Below are positions 20,457 to 32,589 of a stretch of 64,000 nucleotides of DNA, piece by piece (the stretch's first letter is position 1; every line of letters starts with the position of its first letter). The notes under the pieces were generated by a model. It was not told where the DNA came from. It ran no database searches and saw only the letters and a program-made list of their open reading frames with translations. Source of the stretch: Bdellovibrionota bacterium (GTDB lineage Bacteria > Bdellovibrionota > UBA1018 > CAIPTA01 > JAALKR01). The stretch lies in contig CBDBMJ010000001.1 of NCBI GenBank assembly GCA_965207455.1, forward strand, positions 864,001-928,000, in the 5' to 3' direction. The position numbers and the translations under genes were made by a program.

Positions 20457-21365
20457 ATGGCAATTGGAAAACGTTTATTTCTTTTCTTATTCATAAACCT
20501 GGCAGTAATACTATCCCTCTCTATTCTTCTCTCGTTACTGGGAGTCAACCACTACATCACAGCTAACGGTATAGATTTTACAGCCCTATTAATTTTCTGT
20601 TCCGTGTTTGGAATGGGCGGTGCCTTTATATCCCTTTGGATATCCAAACCAATCGCCAAATGGACCATGAAGATAAAAATAATTTCCCCCCAATCTCCTG
20701 GTCAATTTGCTGACTTAGTAAATAGTGTACACACTCTCGCCAAAGCGGCTAAACTACCCAAAATGCCAGAAGTGGGAATATATGAAAGCCCAGAAATAAA
20801 TGCATTTGCCACTGGACCGTCTAAAAGCAATTCTTTAGTAGCTGTTTCCACTGGACTGCTAGAGAGCATGGACCAGGAACAAACTATGGGAGTATTGGCT
20901 CATGAAGTAGCCCACATTGCTAACGGTGACATGGTTACCATGACTCTCATACAAGGTGTGGTGAATACCTTTGTTATGGTGCTAGCTCGTGTTATAGCTT
21001 TTGCTGTTTCCAGTGCCTTCTCTAGAGACAGCGAAGAAGGCATCGGGCAATCCCCCTTCATGCATATGATGATTGTTTTTGCTTTGGAAATGCTCCTTAT
21101 GCCCATTGGTATGATCGTTGTCGCTCATTTTTCCCGAATTCGAGAATTTCGAGCCGACAAGGGGAGTGCCACTATTAATGGAAGACAAGGTATGATTGCT
21201 GCCCTAAAAGCCCTGCAAGTGGCTCAAGCAAGAGCTTATGCCTCCTCTTCGTCTACTCACGCCTCCATGTCAAGTCTACAAATATCCAATCGCCCCTCAA
21301 AAGTAAGTCTATTCTCGACTCACCCATCACTAGAAGATCGCATTCGTGCACTTGGTGGCAAATAA
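20457..21365 (+). CDS. htpX: Membrane protease HtpX (M48B)
   Basis: INAFATG, VAVSTGLL, HEVAHIANGDMVTMTL, FSRIREFRAD, STHPS; AAGGAG before ATG 20457. Confidence 0.95.
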   Translation: MAIGKRLFLFLFINLAVILSLSILLSLLGVNHYITANGIDFTALLIFCSVFGMGGAFISLWISKPIAKWTMKIKIISPQSPGQFADLVNSVHTLAKAAKLPKMPEVGIYESPEINAFATGPSKSNSLVAVSTGLLESMDQEQTMGVLAHEVAHIANGDMVTMTLIQGVVNTFVMVLARVIAFAVSSAFSRDSEEGIGQSPFMHMMIVFALEMLLMPIGMIVVAHFSRIREFRADKGSATINGRQGMIAALKALQVAQARAYASSSSTHASMSSLQISNRPSKVSLFSTHPSLEDRIRALGGK

Positions 21366-21377
21366 AGGGTTGACCTG

Positions 21378-22208
21378 TTGGCAAAAAAAAAAACTATTAC
21401 AAACGATAAATATGCTCTGTATGAAGCTTCAGTACAGGATGTAGTATCAGATGCAGATATTATACGAGAAGTATATAAAAAAATATATCCATTAAAAACT
21501 CCCCATATACTAAGGGAAGATTTCTGTGGCACCTTCTCCCTATGCTGTGAATGGGTTAAGAAAGGAACTCAATATAAATCCATTGGTATCGATCTGAGTT
21601 CTGAAACCATAGAATATGGCAAAAAAAATCATCTCTCCAAGTTAAGTAAAGATGAACAGAAGCGAGTTTCCATTTACCAAAAGAATGTAAAATCTAAAAC
21701 TAAAAAAGCAGATATTATTGTAGCTAATAACTTTTCTTATTTTATATTCTTAACCAGAAAGGAGTTATGCGCTTATTTTAAGCACTGCCTATCTTCATTA
21801 ACGGATGATGGATTACTCCAAATGGATATTTTTGGTGGACCTGAGGCAGAAGAAGTGTTGGAAGAAAAAACCACAATCACCGATAATAAAATTAAAACCT
21901 TTAAATATATATGGGAGCTTGCAGATTTCAACCCCATAACCAGAAAAGGCAATTTCTATATTCATTTTCAATTTCCAAAAGCTAAAAGAATTTCAAAAGC
22001 CTTTCATTACTATTGGAGAATGTGGACAATTCCAGAGATACGGGAACTCCTGTATGAAGCGGGATTTACAGAAACTTATATTTTTTGGGAAGAGGACGAT
22101 GAGGATGGAGACGGAACTGGAGAGTTTTACTTAACCGAAAAAGAAGAAAATGACCCCACATGGCTAGCCTATATTGTGGCAGGCAAGAAAAAAAAGAGGA
22201 AAGCGTGA
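21378..22208 (+). CDS. Class I SAM-dependent methyltransferase
   Basis: Motif I-like [23 protein letters not shown]. Confidence 0.8.
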   Translation: MAKKKTITNDKYALYEASVQDVVSDADIIREVYKKIYPLKTPHILREDFCGTFSLCCEWVKKGTQYKSIGIDLSSETIEYGKKNHLSKLSKDEQKRVSIYQKNVKSKTKKADIIVANNFSYFIFLTRKELCAYFKHCLSSLTDDGLLQMDIFGGPEAEEVLEEKTTITDNKIKTFKYIWELADFNPITRKGNFYIHFQFPKAKRISKAFHYYWRMWTIPEIRELLYEAGFTETYIFWEEDDEDGDGTGEFYLTEKEENDPTWLAYIVAGKKKKRKA

Positions 22209-23449
22209 TGAACTCTCAAGAAATAATAGATCTAGAGAGCCGTTATGGAGCCCATAACTACCATCCAATTCCTGTTGTGCTCAACAAAGGTAGGGGAGTT
22301 TATGTATGGGACATGGAGGATAAAAAGTACTTTGATTTTCTTTCTGCCTACTCTGCCGTAAATCAAGGTCATTGTCACCCTAAGATTCTCCAAGCTCTAA
22401 AAGAACAAGCAGAAAAGTTAATGCTCACTTCCCGTGCTTTTTATAATGACAAATTAGGCGAGTATGAAAAGTTTATTACAAATTATTTCAACTACAACAA
22501 AGTACTTCCCATGAATACGGGCGTGGAAGGTGTGGAAACTGCTTTAAAACTATGTCGGAAATGGGCCTACAAAAAAAAAGAAATTCCAGAGAATAAAGCT
22601 AAAATTATATTTATGGAAGGTGGCTTCCATGGACGAACATTAGCTGTTATTTCCGCATCCACAGATCCTGTTGCTCGAAATGACTTTGGTCCATTCCTCC
22701 CCGGAATTGAACTTATTCCTTATAACGATATAAATGCTGTGGAAAAAGCCCTGCAAGACCCCCATGTTGCAGGTATTATACTGGAACCCATACAAGGAGA
22801 GGCTGGAGTGCTTATACCAGACAAAGGTTACTTGAAAAAAACCTTTCAACTGTGTGAAGAAAAAAATGTTTTATTTATTGCAGATGAAGTCCAAACAGGA
22901 TTAGCCAGAACAGGGAAAAAATTAGCTTGTGATCATGAGAACGTCCGTCCCCATATTCTTATTCTTGGGAAAGCTCTTTCTGGAGGAGCCTTTCCCGTAT
23001 CTGCAGTGCTAGCCGACGATGATATTATGATGTGTCTCCAACCCGGAGAACATGGCTCAACCTACGGAGGAAACCCCATTGCTTGTGCCACAGCCATTGC
23101 TGCTTTAAAAGTATTAGAGGAAGAAAATCTAGCTGAAAATGCAGCTACCTTGGGAAACATATTTCGTGAAGAAATGTCTACCATGAGCTATCCATGGGTT
23201 AAGGAAGTTCGAGGCGTAGGACTACTCAATGCTGTTGAAATCTACCCTCAGAGGAAAGGAAAAATAGAAATATCGGCTTGGAATATTTGTATGCAACTTG
23301 CTAAAAATGGTCTTCTAGCAAAACCTACCCATGAAAATATTATTCGATTTGCACCGCCTCTAGTGATTACAGAAAAAGAAATTTTTAAGGCCTGTAAAAT
23401 TATCCAAGAAACTTTTAAGCAATATAATAGCGAATATGCACAATCATAA
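22208..23449 (+). CDS. rocD: Ornithine--oxo-acid aminotransferase
   Basis: [51 protein letters not shown] (PLP Lys), [11 protein letters not shown]; start in TGATG overlap at 22206-22210. Confidence 0.95.
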   Translation: MNSQEIIDLESRYGAHNYHPIPVVLNKGRGVYVWDMEDKKYFDFLSAYSAVNQGHCHPKILQALKEQAEKLMLTSRAFYNDKLGEYEKFITNYFNYNKVLPMNTGVEGVETALKLCRKWAYKKKEIPENKAKIIFMEGGFHGRTLAVISASTDPVARNDFGPFLPGIELIPYNDINAVEKALQDPHVAGIILEPIQGEAGVLIPDKGYLKKTFQLCEEKNVLFIADEVQTGLARTGKKLACDHENVRPHILILGKALSGGAFPVSAVLADDDIMMCLQPGEHGSTYGGNPIACATAIAALKVLEEENLAENAATLGNIFREEMSTMSYPWVKEVRGVGLLNAVEIYPQRKGKIEISAWNICMQLAKNGLLAKPTHENIIRFAPPLVITEKEIFKACKIIQETFKQYNSEYAQS

Positions 23450-24305
23450 TCACGATAATAGTAGCAAAAATATAGCCACCGCTTTTTATCTCAATTTTTT
23501 CTTTGCCATAGTGGAGCTTGTGGGAGGTTTTCTTACCGGAAGTGTAGCAATCTTGGCCGACGCTGTACATGACCTAGGCGACTGCTTAAGCCTTGGGATC
23601 GCCTGGTTTCTGCAAAGATTATCTCACAAGGGAAAAACACCTTCCTTTAGTTATGGCTATGGCAGGTTGTCTCTTTTATCTGCACTCCTATCTGGATTAA
23701 TTATTTCTATAGGCTCTTTTTTCATTATTGTGGAAACCGTTCCCCGATTTTTTATTCCTTCCCCTCCCCATGGAAAAGGAATGCTTCTCATTGCTATCTT
23801 TGGGATATGTGTAAACTTAATTGCCACCATTCGTTTATCCAAGGGAAAATCCATGAATGAAAAAATGTTACAATGGCATTTTGTAGAAGATATTCTTGGT
23901 TGGGTGGCAATACTCATAGGTTCTCTATTTATTATATGGAAAGGTTGGTATTGGATAGATCCTCTATTAGCTGTTTTAGTTTCCACTTATGTTATATGGA
24001 ATATGATAAAAAATTTAAAAAAAACCATAAAATTATTTCTACAATCTGTACCAGAAGATTTTTCTAAGGAAGATTTTCAAAAGAAAGCCATTCAAATAAA
24101 TGGAATAAAAGAAATACATGATCTTCATATATGGTCCCTGGATGGCACTAATCACATACTATCTCTTCATGCTATTATAGACAGTAATAAAAATTCCCCA
24201 AGAATTAAAAAAGAAATTAGAATAGTTGCTAAAAGTATGGGCAATTATCATACAACTATCGAGTTAGAGTTTTCTGAAGAGAACTGCCCAGAAACAGGAG
24301 GCTAA
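23436..24305 (+). CDS. Cation diffusion facilitator (CzcD/ZitB-like) transporter
   Basis: His-rich N-terminus, [29 protein letters not shown]; multiple TM helices. Confidence 0.92.
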   Translation: MHNHNHDNSSKNIATAFYLNFFFAIVELVGGFLTGSVAILADAVHDLGDCLSLGIAWFLQRLSHKGKTPSFSYGYGRLSLLSALLSGLIISIGSFFIIVETVPRFFIPSPPHGKGMLLIAIFGICVNLIATIRLSKGKSMNEKMLQWHFVEDILGWVAILIGSLFIIWKGWYWIDPLLAVLVSTYVIWNMIKNLKKTIKLFLQSVPEDFSKEDFQKKAIQINGIKEIHDLHIWSLDGTNHILSLHAIIDSNKNSPRIKKEIRIVAKSMGNYHTTIELEFSEENCPETGG

Positions 24306-24418
24306 ATATTATTTTCTGAGACCACGAATTAATACATTGCATTATCGCCCCTTTTGATGAGCTTTTTTATGGTTCAGATCTTGATTTAGATGATAGAGGA
24401 GGAGTACAATAGATAGTA

Positions 24419-24970
24419 ATGAGACTCAAGAAATATCAAGCTATTGCTTTGATTATAGTGATTATTACTACTGGTCCATTTTGGACAAAACAAGTATTGG
24501 CAAAGCCAACTATTCAGCAAGCAAAATTATCCAAGGACTTTTCCATTCCTTATGACGCCAAACAGTGGAATTTTAAAATTATTTATCTGCAAGAAAGAGG
24601 TATTCCTATTTTTGAACATAGAGAACATCCTGGATTAACTACTCACATTAACATTGCACTACTTAACGCCTTGGAAAAGAAAAAACAAAGCAAGATAGCC
24701 ACTTTAAGACAATTAAAAAAGATTTGCTTAGAAACAAATAAAGTTTTTCAAACAATTCCAAGGGAAAGCAAATCTCTCTTTACTATAAAAAATAAAAAAA
24801 ATCCATATTGTCATCGTCAAAAGAAAAGATTAGCTCAAGTGCTTTGGATTAAACCAGACAATAGATTTATCATGAATTATCTAGTTTCCTTTACGATTTC
24901 TCCTCCTAAAGATAAAGCAATCATTCAATATAAGAAAGAAGTAAGAGAATTTATTCAAGGAGCCTTGTGA
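24419..24970 (+). CDS. Hypothetical secreted basic protein (183 aa)
   Basis: N-terminal signal-peptide-like segment; stop overlaps next start (GTGA). Confidence 0.7.
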   Translation: MRLKKYQAIALIIVIITTGPFWTKQVLAKPTIQQAKLSKDFSIPYDAKQWNFKIIYLQERGIPIFEHREHPGLTTHINIALLNALEKKKQSKIATLRQLKKICLETNKVFQTIPRESKSLFTIKNKKNPYCHRQKKRLAQVLWIKPDNRFIMNYLVSFTISPPKDKAIIQYKKEVREFIQGAL

Positions 24971-27060
24971 GGATATATCTTCTTATTTTTATTTTCATAG
25001 TGATTCCACTTGAACACTTGAAAGCAGATCCTTTGAAAGGCTGTCCTTTTAAAGAATCTGAAGATTCTAATATTGAAACTATAATTAGCAAGTTAAAAGA
25101 AATAGAAGGTAAATGTAAATCATTAAAAAAAGACGCATCCAGTTTGAGACAAGCTCTTGAAACTCATTTGGATAAACTAGCTCCATCACAGTCTAGAACT
25201 GGCGCTACTATTAGTAGCCCATACTATCAGGATAATGACTTTGACAGTTTATATCCACAGTCTTCTGGAAGTTCATACTCACTATCCTTTGGAGGCTTTG
25301 GTAGCGGAAGATCATCCTCTAATAATTGTGATGCAGATGCTAGACCTACTATTGAAGAAGAATATAGACTCATTAAGGAACTTTATAAACAAGATGCTAT
25401 TCCTCCTGTTTCATCCAATGTTGGAGAATATGCTAATTGCTTTAAAGGAAAACGAACAAATTTTGATTATGACCCGATCATTACCACTGATAACTCATCT
25501 ACTGATAAAGAAGAAACTAAAAAATGCATTGAGAAAGTAAGAATTTCAGCTACGGAAACATGGAAGAGTAAGTGTAAAAGTAAATTTGAGACAAGTAAAG
25601 TATCAGGCAAAAATAATGCTCTTAAAGAAGCGGTAAGGAGTATATCTCTTTACACAAATGCTATCATTTCTGGTTCATCTCAATGTTCTTCAGAAGATAT
25701 TGCCGAGGATATCTTGAGCTTCTCCATTCCATTGATTGCTACAATAGGAAGTCTATCTGTGGGAACTGGCTTAGCTGGAGCAGGAATAGCTCTTGGTGGT
25801 GAGATTCTCAGCAGTTTAGTAGAATCCTTGACAAAAGATGGTTCAGCAAAGGCTATAGATGAGTTAGCAAAGCTAAAAGACACTCAAGATCTTCACTGTC
25901 TGTATTACTATACTCAAAATAAAGTTTTACGATGTGGAGAAAAAAATGCTATATCAAAATCTCCTGTACCAAAGGGTATAAAGAACATTATGAAACAACT
26001 TATTAATTACGGGCAAGAGAATACAGATTATAAAGATGGGGCAGACATTATGATTGCTAAGAAAGCAGATAATTATATGCAGCATCTTGAAGAGAATAAA
26101 ATCACTACCCCTTTTAGTAAAAATGGAAAGGAATCTTCTATGACAAGATCTCCAATTACAATACTTCATACTCTTAAGAAAAGTCTTGAGCAACAACAGA
26201 ATATAAGTGGAAGCGACCAAGTGATATCGAACAAAATATCAGAACTTATCAAAACATATAAAGATTATAAATATCGAGATAAAACAGCAGATGTGACTGC
26301 AAAGAGCCAAGCATTCATTCAATCTTTTTTATCAATAGACTTAGGCCACGAATCTACAAACAATAGCATATATCCTTTGGCAAGGGTTTATAACCGACTT
26401 ATTGAATTGGAAAACCCCAATGATTTTCATGACGATTCTGTGATACAGCAGTTGAGTTCTATCAGCCAAAACAGTACTCCAATTACAGTGGATTTGAGAG
26501 CACCACATATTGTACATGATGCTCTTATAGATAAAGTCCCAAAAAAATTTAAAGCGCAACTGAAAGATCTTTTTAGTGAATATGAAGCAAACCTTCAACC
26601 ACTAGTAAAGGGGATTATTAAAAAGAAAGAAGAAGAAAAAAGCCAAATAGAGATAAATAATCGAAAAAGAAATATTGGATACATCACTAATCTCTATAAG
26701 GCATGTACTTTAACGGCAAGCGCCCATTATTTTAAAGAAAAGAAAGGTCACGCACATAGTGTTAATCTTATTCATGACAAGCCGCCTAAAGAGTATCAAA
26801 AGAAATGCAATATGTTTCGCTGCCGTGGGACTGATATCAAGAACGATGGATATTTAAAGTTTTTTCCGAACAAGAAGAAGCTTCCCAACAACCGTCCTTC
26901 GGAACTGGCAGAATATCAATGTGGGATAAACCTAACTTTTTCTTATAATTTAAACCGTCTAAAGCACTACTATATGAAATATGGAAACATATGCCCTAAA
27001 GTAAAACTAAAAGCCCAACAACTTAAGCTTAAGCGAAAATTAGGTGACGATGCCAAATAA
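24967..27060 (+). CDS. Hypothetical secreted Cys-containing protein with internal Gly-rich hydrophobic segment (697 aa)
   Basis: Signal peptide MRIYLLIFIFIVIPLEHLKA; many Cys; segment [37 protein letters not shown]. Confidence 0.8.
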   Translation: MRIYLLIFIFIVIPLEHLKADPLKGCPFKESEDSNIETIISKLKEIEGKCKSLKKDASSLRQALETHLDKLAPSQSRTGATISSPYYQDNDFDSLYPQSSGSSYSLSFGGFGSGRSSSNNCDADARPTIEEEYRLIKELYKQDAIPPVSSNVGEYANCFKGKRTNFDYDPIITTDNSSTDKEETKKCIEKVRISATETWKSKCKSKFETSKVSGKNNALKEAVRSISLYTNAIISGSSQCSSEDIAEDILSFSIPLIATIGSLSVGTGLAGAGIALGGEILSSLVESLTKDGSAKAIDELAKLKDTQDLHCLYYYTQNKVLRCGEKNAISKSPVPKGIKNIMKQLINYGQENTDYKDGADIMIAKKADNYMQHLEENKITTPFSKNGKESSMTRSPITILHTLKKSLEQQQNISGSDQVISNKISELIKTYKDYKYRDKTADVTAKSQAFIQSFLSIDLGHESTNNSIYPLARVYNRLIELENPNDFHDDSVIQQLSSISQNSTPITVDLRAPHIVHDALIDKVPKKFKAQLKDLFSEYEANLQPLVKGIIKKKEEEKSQIEINNRKRNIGYITNLYKACTLTASAHYFKEKKGHAHSVNLIHDKPPKEYQKKCNMFRCRGTDIKNDGYLKFFPNKKKLPNNRPSELAEYQCGINLTFSYNLNRLKHYYMKYGNICPKVKLKAQQLKLKRKLGDDAK

Positions 27061-27091
27061 ATTTAGGTTCTCAAATTATATAAATAACTAT

Positions 27092-27847
27092 TTATCCTTT
27101 GAATGATGCTTTTAAATATTCTCTATTCATTCTTGCGATATTTTCCACAGAGATGTCCTTAGGGCAAGCAGCTTCACATTTCAAGGTGTTGGTGCAATTT
27201 CCAAAACCCTGCTCATCCATGGCATGTACCATATTTAATACGCGACGTTCTTTTTCTGGCTTTCCTTGGGGCAATAAACCCAAGTGGGAAACTTTGGCAG
27301 AAACAAATAGCATGGCAGAGGCATTTTTACAAACAGCCACACAGGCACCACAGCCAATACAGGCAGCGGCATCCATGGCAGCTTCTGATGATACTTTAGG
27401 AATTAGGATGGCATTAGCATCTTGAGCATTGCCCACATTCGTGGAAATATAACCTCCTGCCTCCACAATTCGGTCGAATGAGCAGCGATCCACAACTAAA
27501 TCTTTAATCACAGGAAATGCTTTTGCTCGAAATGGCTCCACTACGATGGTGTCTCCATCTTTAAACTTCCGCATATGAAGCTGACAAGTGGTGGTACTTT
27601 TTTCTGGTCCATGGGGTGCACCGTTGATTACCATGGAGCAAGCGCCACAAATTCCTTCGCGACAGTCGTGTTCAAAGGCAATGGGTTCTTTTTTTTCATG
27701 AATGAGAGTTTCATTGAGAACGTCGAACATTTCTAAAAAAGACATGTCGGGAGAAATTCCTTCTACAGTATGTTTTTCTAAATATCCTTTATCTTCTTTG
27801 CTTTTTTGTCGCCAAACTTGAAGATGAATTTTTATTTTTTTATCCAA
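27092..27847 (-). CDS. sdhB: Succinate dehydrogenase/fumarate reductase iron-sulfur subunit
   Basis: [32 protein letters not shown] cluster motifs. Confidence 0.95.
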   Translation of the reverse strand: MDKKIKIHLQVWRQKSKEDKGYLEKHTVEGISPDMSFLEMFDVLNETLIHEKKEPIAFEHDCREGICGACSMVINGAPHGPEKSTTTCQLHMRKFKDGDTIVVEPFRAKAFPVIKDLVVDRCSFDRIVEAGGYISTNVGNAQDANAILIPKVSSEAAMDAAACIGCGACVAVCKNASAMLFVSAKVSHLGLLPQGKPEKERRVLNMVHAMDEQGFGNCTNTLKCEAACPKDISVENIARMNREYLKASFKG

Positions 27848-27862
27848 TTTTTTATTCCTTTA

Positions 27863-29767
27863 TTATTTATAACTTCGTTGAGATGGTTTCACATATTCAA
27901 ATTTTAATTTTTCTGTGTGTCGTTTGGGGACTTTATTATATTCCCAAGCAGCACAATGGGAAAATTTTTCATCTTCCCGTTTCGCTTCTCCATCGGATGT
28001 TTGCCATTCTTCTCGAAAATGTCCGCCACAGGACTCTTTTCTTTCCAAAGCATCTCGACACATTAATTCTCCTAGCTCTAAAAAGTCTGCCACTCTTCCC
28101 GCCTTCTCCAGCTCTTGATTAAAACTTTTTGTTTCTCCGGGCACATATACATTTTGCCAAAATTCTTCTCTTAGTTGGGGAATTTTCTCCAAAGCTTCCT
28201 TTAAACCTTTCTCGTTACGAGCCATACCGCACTTATCCCACATTATATGACCTAATTCTTTATGAAAGTCATCCACAGTGCGATTTCCCTTAATGGAAAG
28301 AAATTTCTCCATTCGCTGACGTGTTTCTTCTTTTATAGATCCAACAGCCTCTTCCGATTCTTTCAAAGGCTTTAAATTTGTGGAGGCAAAGTAATGACCT
28401 AATGTATAGGGAATAACAAAATATCCATCGGCTAAGCCTTGCATAAGGGCAGAGGCTCCAAGACGATTTGCCCCATGGTCTGAAAAATTCGCTTCACCCA
28501 ATACATGGAGACCAGGCAAGGTGCTCATTAAGTTATAATCCACCCACAACCCTCCCATCGTGTAATGAACGGCTGGATAAATCCGCATGGGAGTGGCATA
28601 AGGGTCGTCCCCCACAATTTTCTCATACATTTGAAAAAGATTACCATATTTGCTTTCAATTGTTTGTACGCCATCTCGTTGAATAGCATCTTCAAAATCC
28701 AAATAAACAGATAAGCCAGTAGTGCCAACTCCTCGTCCTTCATCACAGGCTTGTTTAGCCGCACGAGAAGCCACGTCTCTGGGCACCAGATTACCAAAGC
28801 TGGGATAGCGACGTTCTAAATAATAATCACGCTCTCCCTCAGGGATATCCTTTGGATTGCGTTTATCCCCCTGCTGCTTTGGAACCCAAACACGTCCATC
28901 ATTGCGAAGGGATTCACTCATTAATGTTAATTTGGATTGATAGTCTCCAGATACAGGAATACAGGTTGGATGAATCTGAGTAAAGCAAGGGTTAGCAAAA
29001 TAGGCTCCCCGTTTATAGCAACGCCAAGAAGCACTCACATTGGATCGCATGGCATTTGTAGATAGAAAGAAGACATTTCCATAACCACCTGTAGCTAAAA
29101 CAACCGCATCTCCCATATGAGTTTCCAACTCTCCTGTTTGTAGGTTACGGGTAATAATTCCACGGGCTTTTCCATCAACTACCACCACGTCCATCATTTC
29201 TTGGTATGTATGGAGCGTAACTCCCCCACTATGAACTTCCTTCATCATGGAGGAATAGGCTCCCAACAATAATTGCTGGCCTGTTTGTCCACGGGCATAG
29301 AATGTGCGAGATACTTGGGCTCCACCAAAAGAACGGTTGGCTAAGGTGCCTCCATATTCACGGGCAAAGGGCACACCTTGAGAAACACACTGGTCAATAA
29401 TAGCGGAAGATACTTGGGACAATCGATATACGTTAGATTCCCGGGAACGAAAATCTCCTCCTTTTACGGTGTCGTAAAATAAACGCCAAACAGAGTCTCC
29501 ATCGTTGGGATAATTTTTGGCAGCATTAATTCCTCCCTGAGCAGCAATGGAGTGCGCTCTTCGAGGAGAATCATGGCTACAAAAAGATTTTACCTTATAA
29601 CCTAATTCGGATAAAGAAGCCGTAGCTGAGGCTCCTGCTAGGCCTGTACCCACCACAATAACCGTGAACTTCCGCTTATTGGCTGGATTGATTAACTTAC
29701 TGTCAAATCGATGTTTGTCCCAACGCTGTTCAATGGGTCCGCCAGGTTCTTTTGAATCTAATACCAT
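27863..29767 (-). CDS. sdhA: Succinate dehydrogenase/fumarate reductase flavoprotein subunit
   Basis: [20 protein letters not shown] (covalent FAD His), QIHPT, HYTMGG, HGANRLG. Confidence 0.96.
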   Translation of the reverse strand: MVLDSKEPGGPIEQRWDKHRFDSKLINPANKRKFTVIVVGTGLAGASATASLSELGYKVKSFCSHDSPRRAHSIAAQGGINAAKNYPNDGDSVWRLFYDTVKGGDFRSRESNVYRLSQVSSAIIDQCVSQGVPFAREYGGTLANRSFGGAQVSRTFYARGQTGQQLLLGAYSSMMKEVHSGGVTLHTYQEMMDVVVVDGKARGIITRNLQTGELETHMGDAVVLATGGYGNVFFLSTNAMRSNVSASWRCYKRGAYFANPCFTQIHPTCIPVSGDYQSKLTLMSESLRNDGRVWVPKQQGDKRNPKDIPEGERDYYLERRYPSFGNLVPRDVASRAAKQACDEGRGVGTTGLSVYLDFEDAIQRDGVQTIESKYGNLFQMYEKIVGDDPYATPMRIYPAVHYTMGGLWVDYNLMSTLPGLHVLGEANFSDHGANRLGASALMQGLADGYFVIPYTLGHYFASTNLKPLKESEEAVGSIKEETRQRMEKFLSIKGNRTVDDFHKELGHIMWDKCGMARNEKGLKEALEKIPQLREEFWQNVYVPGETKSFNQELEKAGRVADFLELGELMCRDALERKESCGGHFREEWQTSDGEAKREDEKFSHCAAWEYNKVPKRHTEKLKFEYVKPSQRSYK

Positions 29768-29769
29768 AC

Positions 29770-30432
29770 TTAACCTCTAACAAAAAATAAATAAATTGGA
29801 GTAGACATAAATCCCAAAGGAATAAAAATAGCAATTCCATAGCCGATTCTTTTTATACACTTGGTATAAGTGGAGTGATACAAACCCATGGATTGTATAG
29901 AAGAAGCAAGGGCATGGAATAGGTGCAAGCTTAAAATCAACATGGAGAAAATATACCATACAAGATAAACAGGATCTTGAAACACTTCCACCATTAAGCG
30001 ATAGAGATCTCTCATTTCCACGCCAGAGTATATTGCCGTATAATGGGTTCCATATTTAAATGTAATAAGATGGAGAACAGCAAATACTAATATTAAAAGC
30101 CCTGAATAAATAAGTGTGCGAGCCGCGAAGTCCGAAGGACTTTTAGCCACTTTTCTTAAGGAGAAAACATAGGGATCGGGACGAGACCTTTTATTCTCAA
30201 CCGTTACAGTAATGGCAAATCCTATGTGAAGAAAAAAAATAAAAACTAACCCTGCCTCTGCAAGGTAAAGAAGGGGATTGGTGGTAAGACTATGCCCGTA
30301 GGAGTTATAGGTCTCTGGTCCTAGAAAAACAAATAAATTCCCTAGCATGTGGGCAAGAATAAATAGGCTCAAGGCTAGACCAGAAAAAGCCACTACCTGT
30401 TTTTTTCCTATGGAAGAATGGATATACCGCAT
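29770..30432 (-). CDS. sdhC: Succinate dehydrogenase cytochrome b558 membrane subunit (single-anchor type)
   Basis: [15 protein letters not shown] helices with His ligands (HMLGN, LHI, LHL, HLFH); first gene of the sdh operon. Confidence 0.92.
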   Translation of the reverse strand: MRYIHSSIGKKQVVAFSGLALSLFILAHMLGNLFVFLGPETYNSYGHSLTTNPLLYLAEAGLVFIFFLHIGFAITVTVENKRSRPDPYVFSLRKVAKSPSDFAARTLIYSGLLILVFAVLHLITFKYGTHYTAIYSGVEMRDLYRLMVEVFQDPVYLVWYIFSMLILSLHLFHALASSIQSMGLYHSTYTKCIKRIGYGIAIFIPLGFMSTPIYLFFVRG

Positions 30433-30527
30433 AGGTATACTGTGTATTTTTTTTTGTGAGGAATCAAGAGAAATTTGTTATTCTATATATTAAATCCATT
30501 CCATTCATTCAATATAAGGAGTCCTTT

Positions 30528-31160
30528 ATGTCGTTCATAAAAACAGTTTCTTTTTACTTTTTTTTGACCTATTTCTTCCATCCCATCATCCATCCTCAAG
30601 CAAATAGTTTTGCCAGTACTGGCACCGCCACCGTGAGTCAAGTCCAAGGAAGCGTTTTCCACAACAACAAAAAAATAAATAAAAAGGACTCCTTTCCCCA
30701 GAAAGGAACAATCGTTGTAAAAGGAATAAAATCTTTTGCAGACATCCGGCTAAGCAATAATGAAATCATTCGATTTCGACAAGGGAAATTTAAATTATCT
30801 CAAAAAGAAAAAACAAAACAAAATATTTTAACAGTTATAACAGGGGAAATTTATGCCTATTTTCAAAAAAATAAGACAAAAAATCAACTGAAAATAGAAA
30901 CCAAAACTGCTGTATTGGCTGTTCGTGGCACTAAATTCATGGTTAGCGTAGAAAAACAAAAAACCTATCTCTGTGTATGTGAGGGTGAGGTAACTGCTAG
31001 CAAAATTTCTAGCCCATCCCTTACAATCCCTGTAAAAAAAGGAGATGATATATGGATCGAAAAAAATAAATCCCTAGGATTGCCCAAGCCTTCAGGAATC
31101 TCCATGATGAGTATGGTGACCGATCAATTTAGGGACATGGGCTACCCGGTGAAAAAATAA
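30528..31160 (+). CDS. Secreted FecR-domain protein
   Basis: Signal peptide; TKTAVLAVRGTKF and CVCEGEV FecR motifs; AAGGAG RBS before ATG 30528. Confidence 0.78.
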   Translation: MSFIKTVSFYFFLTYFFHPIIHPQANSFASTGTATVSQVQGSVFHNNKKINKKDSFPQKGTIVVKGIKSFADIRLSNNEIIRFRQGKFKLSQKEKTKQNILTVITGEIYAYFQKNKTKNQLKIETKTAVLAVRGTKFMVSVEKQKTYLCVCEGEVTASKISSPSLTIPVKKGDDIWIEKNKSLGLPKPSGISMMSMVTDQFRDMGYPVKK

Positions 31161-31161
31161 A

Positions 31162-32577
31162 CTATTTCTTCTTCAATCGAGCACCCTGAGGGGTATCCAC
31201 AATTTGATAGCCTTGGGTCAATAGCTCTTTGCGTAGACGGTCGCTCTCTGCCCAATTCTTCTCCTTACGGGCTTTTTCCCGGCTAGCCAGCATGCTTTGG
31301 ATCTGCGAAGGTATATTGTCTATTTTTTTCGAATCCCTTAACAAACCCGAATTATTTAAATCTAAACCAAAAATACGATCCACCTCTTGACTAAGAAACT
31401 TCTTCTCCCCATCCCCAAGTGAACCATCTTTTAAAGCAGTAAAAAAAATACTCATGGCCTGTGGTGTATTTAAATCATCAAAAATAGCTTTTTGAAATCC
31501 ATGAATATACTCCATCACCTTAGGCGTTTCATTAGAAGCAGGTAGTTCTCCCCAACTCACTATACGTTCCAATAACTTCCTTCGACCAATTCTTGCACTA
31601 TCCAAAGCCTCATAATGAAAACTCAACTCCCGTCGATAATGAGCCTGCAAAAGTAAAAAACGATAATCTAAAAAATGATAACCCTTCTCCTCAAGAAGAG
31701 ACAAAGTAAGGAACTCCCCTTTAGACTTACTCATCTTACTCTTCTCCTCAGTAAGAAATTGCCCATGCATCCAATAACGAGAAAAAGGAACACTCCCCGT
31801 AGAAGCCTCACTCTGTGCTATCTCATTCGGATGGTGAACCGTAATATGATCCTTACCTCCACAATGAATATCCAATGTGGAACCTAAATACTTCATGGAC
31901 ATGGCTGAACACTCAATATGCCAACCCGGAAATCCCGTTCCCCAAGGACTCTCCCACTCCATCTGTCGCTTTCCATCCTTAGGCGAGAACTTCCACAAAG
32001 CAAAATCCGTAAGGTTACGCTTCTCTCTCATATCCACTCGAATACCCGCTTCTAAATTTTTCTCATCTAATTTCCCCAACTCACCATAACGGGGAAACTT
32101 AGACGTATCAAAATAAAGACCGTCACTCGTAATATAAACAAAACCTTTTTTTTCTAATACACGAATCATCTCGATCATCTCAGGGATGTGATCCGTAGCC
32201 TTAGGAATTACCTGAGGCTTTTGTATATGAAGCCTTTCCATATCCTTGAAAAAAGCTTTTGTATAAAATTCAGCAATATCCCAAGCTGTCTTGCCTTCTC
32301 TACGAGAACCACTTTCCATTTTATCCTCACCCTCGTCCCCATCTGAAACCAAGTGACCCACATCCGTGATATTCATCACATGGGTAACGTCAAAATGGGC
32401 GTAACGCAAAGCTCGAACTAAAATATCCTCAAACACATAGGTGCGAAGATTTCCAATATGGGCATAGTTATACACCGTGGGACCGCAAGTATATAAACGA
32501 ACCTTTCCCGGCTCTATAGGAATAAATTTTTCTTTTTTACGAGAAAGGGAATTAAATAAATAAATATCTTGAACCAA
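31162..32577 (-). CDS. cysS: Cysteine--tRNA ligase
   Basis: YTCGPTVY, HIGN, DFALWK, PGWHIECSAM, KMSKS. Confidence 0.97.
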   Translation of the reverse strand: MVQDIYLFNSLSRKKEKFIPIEPGKVRLYTCGPTVYNYAHIGNLRTYVFEDILVRALRYAHFDVTHVMNITDVGHLVSDGDEGEDKMESGSRREGKTAWDIAEFYTKAFFKDMERLHIQKPQVIPKATDHIPEMIEMIRVLEKKGFVYITSDGLYFDTSKFPRYGELGKLDEKNLEAGIRVDMREKRNLTDFALWKFSPKDGKRQMEWESPWGTGFPGWHIECSAMSMKYLGSTLDIHCGGKDHITVHHPNEIAQSEASTGSVPFSRYWMHGQFLTEEKSKMSKSKGEFLTLSLLEEKGYHFLDYRFLLLQAHYRRELSFHYEALDSARIGRRKLLERIVSWGELPASNETPKVMEYIHGFQKAIFDDLNTPQAMSIFFTALKDGSLGDGEKKFLSQEVDRIFGLDLNNSGLLRDSKKIDNIPSQIQSMLASREKARKEKNWAESDRLRKELLTQGYQIVDTPQGARLKKK

Positions 32578-32589
32578 ATAAAAAGCCCC

